The notes beneath the pieces were generated by a model. It made no database searches and was not told the origin of the DNA. It saw only the letters and a list, made by a program, of their open reading frames with translations. A stretch of 63,843 nt of DNA, counting the filler, from Deltaproteobacteria bacterium (GTDB lineage Bacteria; JAEEML01): assembly GCA_016283195.1 (NCBI GenBank). It is 4 parts of 4 records of this genome, joined end to end, with 100 filler letters (N's around TTAATTAATTAA, not from the genome) between each part and the next. Parts side by side here need not be neighbours in the genome. Positions count along the whole stretch, not along the records: positions 53,434 to 63,843 come from JAEEML010000006.1; 3 more parts are not named here. One strand, written 5' to 3'. Shown here in pieces: positions 56,208-63,843 of this stretch. The first letter of the stretch is position 1. Each line of letters begins with the position of its first letter. The position numbers and the translations under genes are program-made.

Positions 56208-58325
56208 TTAAAACGTTGCGCCCAGGCCGACAAAAATCTGCCGACCGGGTTGTGGCGAAAAGCCGCCAATTACATAATAAGTGTCAAAAGTATTGCGCAT
56301 ATCGCCAAAGATATAGAAGCTGCCGCGCCCGCCAAAGGTCTTCCAGGTCTGCCGGATATTGAGGCCCACCAAGGCATAAGGCGGCATCTCTTCCAGCACA
56401 TAGCTATTGGTGAAGGTATCGAGATAATAGGCTTCGGTGCGGCTGGCAAAGCGCAAATCAAGGGTAATATTCAGGCCAAAAAAGAGCATAAAGCGGGCGG
56501 CCGCCTGCAAATAGTGCGGCACCCGGTAATCGAGCGGCAAATTGGTGCTTTTATCGAGCGCGTAAAGATAGGTGTAGCCGAGGTCAAACTGGAACCAGCT
56601 CACCGGATTTATCATAAAACTGTTTTCCACTCCGGCAAGCAGCGCTTTATTCACATTGATATAAGTGGCACCCGGTTTATCAATAAGATCATCCACAAAT
56701 GAGACAAAGCCGCGCACTTTATAGGTAAGTTTAAAGGGTAGCACTTTGCCCAAAAAGAGATTGCCGCCAAAATCGAGCATCAGCGCCCGCTCCGGTTTTA
56801 GCTTGGAATTGCCGCCCACAAAGTTGGAAAAGAGCTCCTTCAAAGTGGGGAAGCGGGTCTTGCGCCCTACCCCAGCCACCAGTTGCAGAGGCTTAACCAC
56901 GTCATATTGCAGAGCAAAACGCCACTCCAAAGCCGGGATAGTGCGGTCGGTAACATCCCAAGATTCGCCTTGCAGCTCTTCAGCCAGCACCTTTTCTCCG
57001 GCTGCCGATATGCCGGCCAAGAGACTCACCGGCCCCAGTTTTTGTTGATCTTCAAGTGCAAAATGGAAAAGCATGGTTTCATATTTTTGCAAAGGCTTTT
57101 TGTAACTCTCTTTCAGCTCTGTGGGCACTGTCCACTCTTCCTGAGTGTTGTGATCGATTTTAAAGCCGTAATTGGTGCGCAGAGTGTTATTTTTCCACAG
57201 CACCACCGCCGGAGTGAAATTGAGGCCGGTTGTCCAGTTTTGGTAGCCGGAGGAGCGGAACCAGGCCAGCGGATTTCTCGTGAGTTCTTTATAAGTATTA
57301 TCCTGATAATCTTCGATTGTATCGTGGTGCAGCATTAAGAAGTAGTTGGCATCAAAGCTAAAATTGCCGGCGCCCATGCCGCTTTTGGGCTTCAAACTGG
57401 CCGAAAGGCCGATGAGGCCGGTGTTGTACTCGCTAAAGCGCCAATAGCGCACATAACCAGATGATTCAAAGGGGGGTACTCCACGCTCCACCCAGCTGTA
57501 ATTGGCGAGAGCCGAGAGGCGGAAGCGCCCGTGAGTATAAGCCAGGCGGGCTTGCAAAAGCTGCTTATCGCTATCGCTGCCTTCGCGCAGGCATTTGTCG
57601 TCGCCTTCGCAACTGGTTTCGTGAAAAGCGGCATCCCTTTCGCTGGCTTTGTAACTCCTGGGCAAGGGGAAGTAGCCCAGTTTTTGGCTTTGAAAGGCGA
57701 GTGATGCGCTAAAGCCGCGTAGAGAAACACCGGCAATGGCTTTTACCACATAGCCGGGCGCTTCGCCGGTGGTGAGGTCGCGCAGTTGCACTTCCACTTT
57801 GCCGCCGGCCGGGCCATACCAAGGGTCACTGTGAATATGAATAATGCCGCCCATGGCTCCGGGGCCATAGAGCAGGCTGGTAACCCCGCGCTCGATTTCT
57901 ATAGCCGAAACGCCGGTCAAAAGCAGAGTATTGGAGTCATAGCCGCCGGCATACACCTCGCTGATGGGAATGCCATCAAACATGAGCAGCGAAGCTCTTT
58001 GGTCAAAGCCGCGGATCATTATTTCCGAGCCCGCCTTGGCGTGCTCACTCACTTGCAATCCCGGCACTTCGTTAAGCACCTGGGCAATGGTGGTATTGCC
58101 CTCTTCTTGCAGTTTTTGGCCGGTAATAATAGTGCCGGAAATTGGCGCCATACGCTTTTGCCCGCGCACCACGGTGCGCATTTCGTCTTTTTCGGGAGCT
58201 TTGGGGCTCTCCGTCTGCCCGTCAGCTATGTCGGTAGCGGCATCTGTGGCACCATCATCAGCCAAGGCATAAACAGGCCGCATAGTCATAAAAAGTAAAA
58301 ACGTAAGTAGAGCTTTCTTCTTCAT
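56208..58325 (-). CDS. TonB-dependent outer membrane receptor
   Basis: Signal peptide; TonB-box-like TVVRG; plug VPGL..IRGFD..DGIP..IEIERG..LYGPGAMGGII; RFPTLKEL, LKPE; terminal GRQIFVGLGATF. Confidence 0.93.
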   Translation of the reverse strand: MKKKALLTFLLFMTMRPVYALADDGATDAATDIADGQTESPKAPEKDEMRTVVRGQKRMAPISGTIITGQKLQEEGNTTIAQVLNEVPGLQVSEHAKAGSEIMIRGFDQRASLLMFDGIPISEVYAGGYDSNTLLLTGVSAIEIERGVTSLLYGPGAMGGIIHIHSDPWYGPAGGKVEVQLRDLTTGEAPGYVVKAIAGVSLRGFSASLAFQSQKLGYFPLPRSYKASERDAAFHETSCEGDDKCLREGSDSDKQLLQARLAYTHGRFRLSALANYSWVERGVPPFESSGYVRYWRFSEYNTGLIGLSASLKPKSGMGAGNFSFDANYFLMLHHDTIEDYQDNTYKELTRNPLAWFRSSGYQNWTTGLNFTPAVVLWKNNTLRTNYGFKIDHNTQEEWTVPTELKESYKKPLQKYETMLFHFALEDQQKLGPVSLLAGISAAGEKVLAEELQGESWDVTDRTIPALEWRFALQYDVVKPLQLVAGVGRKTRFPTLKELFSNFVGGNSKLKPERALMLDFGGNLFLGKVLPFKLTYKVRGFVSFVDDLIDKPGATYINVNKALLAGVENSFMINPVSWFQFDLGYTYLYALDKSTNLPLDYRVPHYLQAAARFMLFFGLNITLDLRFASRTEAYYLDTFTNSYVLEEMPPYALVGLNIRQTWKTFGGRGSFYIFGDMRNTFDTYYVIGGFSPQPGRQIFVGLGATF

Positions 58326-58337
58326 CTGCTCCTCCGA

Positions 58338-58365
58338 GCCGATATAAATAGCTTTTTATATCGGC
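58338..58365. promoter_or_regulatory. ModE-box-like operator overlapping the receptor promoter
   Basis: Perfect 11-6-11 palindrome GCCGATATAAA-TAGCTT-TTTATATCGGC (ModE consensus ATCGNTATATA-N6-TATATANCGAT). Minus-strand TTGACA at 58369-58374 lies 3 nt away. Confidence 0.75.
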
Positions 58366-58405
58366 AAGTGTCAATATTTTTTTTCTACTAAATTTAACAA
58401 ATAAA

Positions 58406-58433
58406 TTGACAAGTTGTCTCTAACATATAGAAT
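58406..58433 (+). promoter_or_regulatory. Putative sigma70 promoter
   Basis: TTGACA-16 nt-TAGAAT upstream of 58481. Confidence 0.5.
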
Positions 58434-58480
58434 TAGCCCGGCATTAAAAAACAGTATGCCATGTTACTAAGGAGATTATT

Positions 58481-58879
58481 ATGGCTAAATTTACATTTGA
58501 TACTTCTCGTGCCCCGCTTGTCGTCTGCACCTTCCCGGAGGATGCTACTACTGAAGAGTGTCTGCAATACGGCCCCGAACTTGGCAAAATATGCCGCCAA
58601 TATAAAAATAAAGAGATGCTCTATGTTATAGATGCGCGCAAAATGGGGCCAACAGGTACTTCACGCGATAAAAGGGCGGCTATGGCCGAAGGTTTCAACA
58701 AAATCGAGGCCGATTTTGAAAAAGCGGTAGCCGCCAGAGCCCATGTCGTCGATGGCAAAATAGCCGAAGGCATTTTCACCGCCTTTTTCTGGCTCATAAA
58801 ATCTAATCTCACCTCGCCGCGCAAAGTATTCAGCGATTACGGTAAAGCCTTGGAATGGATCCAGCAGTATAAAAAATAA
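58481..58879 (+). CDS. STAS/SEC14 (SpoIIAA-like) domain protein
   Basis: RBS AAGGAG; YVIDAR, A-x-VV, RKVFSDYGKALEWI terminal pattern. Confidence 0.65.
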   Translation: MAKFTFDTSRAPLVVCTFPEDATTEECLQYGPELGKICRQYKNKEMLYVIDARKMGPTGTSRDKRAAMAEGFNKIEADFEKAVAARAHVVDGKIAEGIFTAFFWLIKSNLTSPRKVFSDYGKALEWIQQYKK

Positions 58880-59009
58880 CTTTTTTATTCTCCTCTCTAC
58901 CAAAAACACTCCCACAGCATAAAAATTAATTAACTAAACCATTTGCAATGAGCCCTTTTTTGTGCCACAAATAGGCCGTGTTTGTTTACTAACGTCTTGC
59001 GAGGGAATC

Positions 59010-62000
59010 ATGACAACATTCACAAACGGCAACCATGGGTTTTTACAGCAATTTCCTGAACGCGAATTTCACCTCTTAAAAAAATTCCGCGATTTTTTTG
59101 CTCTGCCGGATGCTCTTTACTCAATCAAAGGCACCGTCATTACCGTGCGCCCGTTTGCCGCTCGCACCTTGGCACAGGCTATCAATATTCATCGCGATGC
59201 CGCTCATAACCCTGGCAAGGCTGCCAGAGCCGGCCATTTAAATGCCATCGGTTTAACAGAAGAAATTTTTCATGCCATTGTCGATCTTTACCGCAAAGAA
59301 TGTCGCTATGATATTTGGAGCGGCCTTAACGGCCAGTTAGCTGCCAAATTGGGCACCGACGGTCTTAATGCCCTGCTCGCTTCTTTTGCCGACAATTACC
59401 CCACCAGCGCTGCTTACAAAGCCGGCATTCCCGGCAGTGAATATATTAAAGGCACCACCGACGGCGTGCCTAATAGCGAAATTGCCCTTGAAGAGCTCTT
59501 TATGGTGTGGCTCGCCAACCGCAATCGCGCTTATCATAATTACCGCGAGCTCTTTAGTGAAGAGCCGTTAAAAGCCAATAAATCTTATGATTTAGCCATA
59601 GAAATTCTGCGCAATTATTTTATGAATTTGCCAAAATTCGGCCCGGAAAATCAGGATTTGGTAGAATTTCTTTTGGCCCCTTCCAAAGCTCATCCGGAAA
59701 GCATTGAAGCGCAACTTGATTTTATGCGTGAGCGCTGGGGCGCCATGCTGGGCGACCTTTTAACCGCCATTTTAAGCGGCCTCGATATGATTAAAGAGGA
59801 AAACAAAATGCGTGGCGGCTTTGGCGGGCCGGATAGAGATTACCTCATCCGCACCGCTCTGGCCACCGGCCGCCGGGTGAATCTGGCCGCTATGTCGGCT
59901 GAAGAACGGGCCCGCTATCTGGCTGAGCATCCGGAAATAGCCGAAGAAGAAGTGGAAAATTTCAGCCCCGATACCGACTGGATGCCGCGCGTCATTCTTT
60001 TGGCCAAAAATGCCTTTGTCTGGCTCTATCAGCTTTCCAAAGATTATGGCCGTGAAATCAACACCTTAGACCAAATTCCCGATAGTGAGCTCGATACTCT
60101 GGCGCACCAGGGCATTACCGGCCTCTGGCTCATCGGCCTCTGGGAGCGCAGCACCGCTTCCAAACGCATCAAACAAATTTGCGGCAATCCGGAAGCCGAA
60201 GCTTCAGCCTATTCTCTTAAAGATTACGACATTGCAGAGGCTCTCGGCGGCTACCCGGCTTATGAAAACCTGCGCGACCGGGCAGCCATGCGCGGCATTC
60301 GTCTGGCGAGCGACATGGTGCCCAACCACACCGGCATCGATTCTAATTGGGTTTACGACCACCCCGACTGGTTCATTCAACTGGACCAGAAGCCCTACCC
60401 CAATTACACTTTTAATGGCGAAAATTATTCACAAAAACCAGGGGTTAGCATTCGTATTGAGGATCATTATTATGACCGCACCGATGCGGCTGTGGTCTTT
60501 GAATACCGCGAGGAAAATACTGGCCGCGTGCGCTATATTTACCATGGCAACGACGGCACTACCATGCCCTGGAACGACACTGCGCAGCTCAATTATATGT
60601 TGCCGGAAGTGCGCGAGGCGGTGCTGAATAATATTCTCAAAGTGGCCAGAATGTTCCCCATCATCCGCTTTGATGCCGCTATGACTCTAGCCAAGCGCCA
60701 CTATCAGCGCCTTTGGTTCCCCGAGCCGGGCAAAGGGGGCGACATCTCCACGCGGGCCGAACACGCCATGAGCAAAGAGGAATTTAACCGCGTCTTTCCG
60801 GTGGAATTCTGGCGCGAAGTGGTTGATCGCGTAGCCGAAGAAGTGCCGGATACCCTGCTTTTAGCTGAGGCTTTTTGGCTGATGGAGAGCTATTTTGTGC
60901 GCACTCTCGGTATGCACCGCGTCTATAACAGCGCTTTTATGAATATGCTCAAAATGGAAGAAAACGCCGCCTTCCGCACCACAGTGAAGAACACTTTGGA
61001 ATTCGATCCGCAAATTCTAAAGCGCTATGTCAACTTTATGAGCAACCCCGATGAAGACACCGCCGAAGCGCAATTTGGCAAAGGCGATAAATATTTTGGC
61101 GTCTGCACCGTGATGATTACCATGCCCGGCCTCCCCATGATCGGCCATGGTCAATTCCAGGGCTTTACCGAAAAATACGGCATGGAATACCGCCGCGCCT
61201 ACCGCGACGAGCACGTTGATACTGCCCTCATGGAGCGCCACGAGCGCCAAATCTTCCCGCTGATGAAAAAGCGCTACCTCTTTGCCGAGGTGGAAAACTT
61301 CCTCTTCTATGATTTCTTCACCCCGGAGGGCACAGTTAATGAACACGTTCTCGCCTACTCCAACCGCTTTGGTAGCGAACGGGCCCTGGTGGTTTACCAC
61401 AACCGCTTTGGTGAAACCCGCGGCTGGATTCGCTCTTCTGTGGGCTTTAGCGTAAAACAGGGCGACGATTCCCGCGCCATCATCCAAAAGAGTCTGTTTG
61501 ATGGTCTAGCTATTTTTGATAATCCAAATAATTTCACTATTATGTGTGAAGTTATCAGCGGCTTGGAATACCTCATGCCGAGCCGGCAATTGGCTGAATC
61601 CGGCCTCGAAGTGGAACTTAGCGGCTATACTTGCAAAGTTTTCCTTAATATCCGCGAAGTTAACGACACAAATGGTCTTTACCGCCGCCTCTATGAGCGC
61701 CTGGGCCAAAAAGGCGTAAAGAGCATTGATGAGGCCATCAGCGATATGACCTTTGAGCCGCTCTTTAATGCCGCTTTTGAGCTTTTAAATCCCGGCTGGA
61801 CCGACTATCTCTGGCGCAACCGCGGCACGGCTCTGGCCGAGATTCTCCACGATATTTCCGCACAATTACAAGATAAATTGGCCACATTTACCGGAGCGTT
61901 AAGTCGCTTTAGCGGCCAGGAAATATCGCCGCTCTTTGGGCAAAAAGTCCATAAATCCACTATGGATCTTTTGCAAAAAATGAGCTCACCGCTTGATCTG

Positions 62001-62729
62001 CACAGCAGCATACAAAAGAAAGACACAAGCCTTAATTTACTTGATAATCCGCAGAGTTTCACCATTGCCTCTTACCTTTTGGTATTGCAAAACCTGGATG
62101 AGCTTTGGGCCAAAAAGGAAGCTCACGGCGAATCAAGCCTGGATCTTTTCGAAAAATGGCACCTGGCTCACGTTCTGCGCGATTCCTTAAAAATGCAAGG
62201 CTATGATGATGGCAGCATCGAGCACATCATTGCCCTTATGCGCATTTTGATAAATGCCAAAGCACTCTTTACCGCCGATTGGACGGCAGCCACGCTTTTT
62301 GAGCATTTCATGAGCGACCAGGCCGTTCTCGCTTTGCTCCAAGTGCATGAATATAATAATATTATCTGGTTTAACCGCGAAGCTGCAGACGAATTATTTA
62401 ACTGGCTGGAAACCTTAAGCATTCTCTCCGGCGAAGAAATTGCTCAAAAAGCTAAAGCCATTATCGCCGACTGGCGAGTGGCTGCCGCTTCTTCCGGCTA
62501 CGAATTGCAAAAGTTTTTGGAAAATGTAAAAGCCCCGGTCGCCGGTAAAGCGGTAGAAGACAAAGCGGAAAAAATAGCGAAAAAGAGTCCCAAAAAGGAG
62601 ACAGTAGCCACACCGGCAAAGACCAAAGCGGAGCCCAAAAAGAGGGCGGCAAAGAGCGAAAAACCTGCCGAGAAAAAAGAAACCAAAGTTGCTAAGTCAG
62701 CAAAAACAAAGGCAACCAAAAGCAAATAA
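59010..62729 (+). CDS. Large GH13 alpha-amylase-family protein
   Basis: ASDMVPNH, WNDTAQLNY, IRFDAAM, LLAEAFW, FMSNPDE, MPGLPMIGHGQ; Lys/Ala-rich tail. Probable start ATG 59010. Confidence 0.87.
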   Translation: MTTFTNGNHGFLQQFPEREFHLLKKFRDFFALPDALYSIKGTVITVRPFAARTLAQAINIHRDAAHNPGKAARAGHLNAIGLTEEIFHAIVDLYRKECRYDIWSGLNGQLAAKLGTDGLNALLASFADNYPTSAAYKAGIPGSEYIKGTTDGVPNSEIALEELFMVWLANRNRAYHNYRELFSEEPLKANKSYDLAIEILRNYFMNLPKFGPENQDLVEFLLAPSKAHPESIEAQLDFMRERWGAMLGDLLTAILSGLDMIKEENKMRGGFGGPDRDYLIRTALATGRRVNLAAMSAEERARYLAEHPEIAEEEVENFSPDTDWMPRVILLAKNAFVWLYQLSKDYGREINTLDQIPDSELDTLAHQGITGLWLIGLWERSTASKRIKQICGNPEAEASAYSLKDYDIAEALGGYPAYENLRDRAAMRGIRLASDMVPNHTGIDSNWVYDHPDWFIQLDQKPYPNYTFNGENYSQKPGVSIRIEDHYYDRTDAAVVFEYREENTGRVRYIYHGNDGTTMPWNDTAQLNYMLPEVREAVLNNILKVARMFPIIRFDAAMTLAKRHYQRLWFPEPGKGGDISTRAEHAMSKEEFNRVFPVEFWREVVDRVAEEVPDTLLLAEAFWLMESYFVRTLGMHRVYNSAFMNMLKMEENAAFRTTVKNTLEFDPQILKRYVNFMSNPDEDTAEAQFGKGDKYFGVCTVMITMPGLPMIGHGQFQGFTEKYGMEYRRAYRDEHVDTALMERHERQIFPLMKKRYLFAEVENFLFYDFFTPEGTVNEHVLAYSNRFGSERALVVYHNRFGETRGWIRSSVGFSVKQGDDSRAIIQKSLFDGLAIFDNPNNFTIMCEVISGLEYLMPSRQLAESGLEVELSGYTCKVFLNIREVNDTNGLYRRLYERLGQKGVKSIDEAISDMTFEPLFNAAFELLNPGWTDYLWRNRGTALAEILHDISAQLQDKLATFTGALSRFSGQEISPLFGQKVHKSTMDLLQKMSSPLDLHSSIQKKDTSLNLLDNPQSFTIASYLLVLQNLDELWAKKEAHGESSLDLFEKWHLAHVLRDSLKMQGYDDGSIEHIIALMRILINAKALFTADWTAATLFEHFMSDQAVLALLQVHEYNNIIWFNREAADELFNWLETLSILSGEEIAQKAKAIIADWRVAAASSGYELQKFLENVKAPVAGKAVEDKAEKIAKKSPKKETVATPAKTKAEPKKRAAKSEKPAEKKETKVAKSAKTKATKSK

Positions 62730-62763
62730 ACAAATCTCTTCATAACAAATTACCGAGTTTCCC

Positions 62764-63843
62764 ATGAATTTTAATGAGTTTCCCTTTTCCGATGATATTT
62801 TACGCGGCATAGAAAATGCCGGTTTTACCGCCTGCCTGCCGGTACAGGAATTAACCTTCCCTATTACTTTGCAAGGCAGTGATATTTTTGTGAAATCACA
62901 AACAGGTAGCGGCAAAACAGCTACTTTTTTACTCTCGCTTTTCCACCTTCTCGCGGTAAAGCGTAACAGCCACCATCCCCAGGCGCTTATTGTCGCTCCA
63001 ACTCGCGAATTAGCCGTACAAATTTACGAGGAAGCCCAGACGCTAGGCAAATATTTACCCTTTAAAATCGGCTGTTTCTATGGCGGTGTGCCCTATGAGG
63101 AGCAGGAAAAATTATTGGCAGACGGCATTGATATTATCATTGGCACTCCGGGGCGCATTTTGGACCATGCACAAAATAAACGCATTTTGTTCTCCAAAAT
63201 AGGCTTTTTCATCATTGATGAGGCCGATCGTCTGCTGGATATGGGCTTTTTCCCCGATATCCGCCGCATGATCCGCCAGATGCCCCCGCCTAAGGAGCGC
63301 TTTACTATGCTCTTTAGCGCCACACTCAACTTTTCGGTGCAGGATCTGGCCCGCGATTATATGAATAACCCCAAGTTGGTCGAACTCCAGGGTGATCATG
63401 TCACTGTGGAATCCATAACCCAGGAGCTTTACCATGTCGGCTGCAAAGAAAAAATGAGCCTGCTTTTGGGCTTATTAAAAAAATATCAACCCAAAAATGC
63501 TCTTATTTTTACCAATACCAAACGCATGGCCGCCGAGGTAGCCTGGCGCCTCAGCGCCAACGGGTACCCTACAGAATACATCATGGGTGACCTCTCACAA
63601 GATAAGCGCCTGGCCTTAATAAACCGCATAAAAGCCGGTAAAATTAATTACTTAGCAGCGACAGATGTAGCTTCGCGCGGCATTCATATTGATGATCTGG
63701 CGATGGTCATTAATTACGATTTACCTAATCAAGCGGAAAATTATGTCCACCGGGTAGGTCGCACCGCCCGTGTTGGCCAGAGCGGCCTGACTATTTCGCT
63801 GGCCGGTGAAGAAGATGTGGAGCAGTTAGAGGAAATGAGGCAA
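62764..63843 (+). CDS. DEAD-box RNA helicase (RhlB-like; runs off the window end)
   Basis: Not in the ORF track. MNFNEFPF..., SQTGSGKT, APTRELA, GTPGR, DEADR, SAT, ASRG, YVHRVGRTAR. Confidence 0.93.
   Translation, partial: MNFNEFPFSDDILRGIENAGFTACLPVQELTFPITLQGSDIFVKSQTGSGKTATFLLSLFHLLAVKRNSHHPQALIVAPTRELAVQIYEEAQTLGKYLPFKIGCFYGGVPYEEQEKLLADGIDIIIGTPGRILDHAQNKRILFSKIGFFIIDEADRLLDMGFFPDIRRMIRQMPPPKERFTMLFSATLNFSVQDLARDYMNNPKLVELQGDHVTVESITQELYHVGCKEKMSLLLGLLKKYQPKNALIFTNTKRMAAEVAWRLSANGYPTEYIMGDLSQDKRLALINRIKAGKINYLAATDVASRGIHIDDLAMVINYDLPNQAENYVHRVGRTARVGQSGLTISLAGEEDVEQLEEMRQ

Overview
This window is a draft/MAG scaffold of four contig pieces. They are joined by three artificial 100-nt linkers (N-run with a central TTAATTAATTAA, at 28216-28315, 37175-37274 and 53334-53433), so adjacency across the linkers is unreliable. 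Gene content suggests a diderm Myxococcota/deltaproteobacterial-like organism (inference): LolA, a TonB receptor, Hanks kinases, an FHA protein, a SycD-like chaperone, a DifE-like CheA and MopE-type repeats. Housekeeping genes are PBP1A, cmk, hisC, lolA, rpoZ, lepA, a large MscS channel, lysC, tRNA-Cys, rpmE, prfA, groES/groEL, a GH13 enzyme and a DEAD-box helicase. They are interspersed with many Cys-rich lipoproteins and six genes carrying 12 Fibrobacter-succinogenes-major (FISUMP) domains. Main observations: (1) a ModE-box-controlled operon of TonB receptor, molybdopterin-oxidoreductase-like lipoprotein and a ModE-HTH/signal-anchor/class III binding-protein fusion, a candidate uptake and sensing system for Mo/W; (2) a FISUMP 3' end with the codon signature of a diversity-generating-retroelement variable region; (3) a three-gene FISUMP islet bracketed by a duplicated prfA 3' end; (4) dispersed T3SS-like components; (5) a sigma54 promoter with a helically phased repeat array. 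All protein family calls come from motif recognition by eye; no searches were run.
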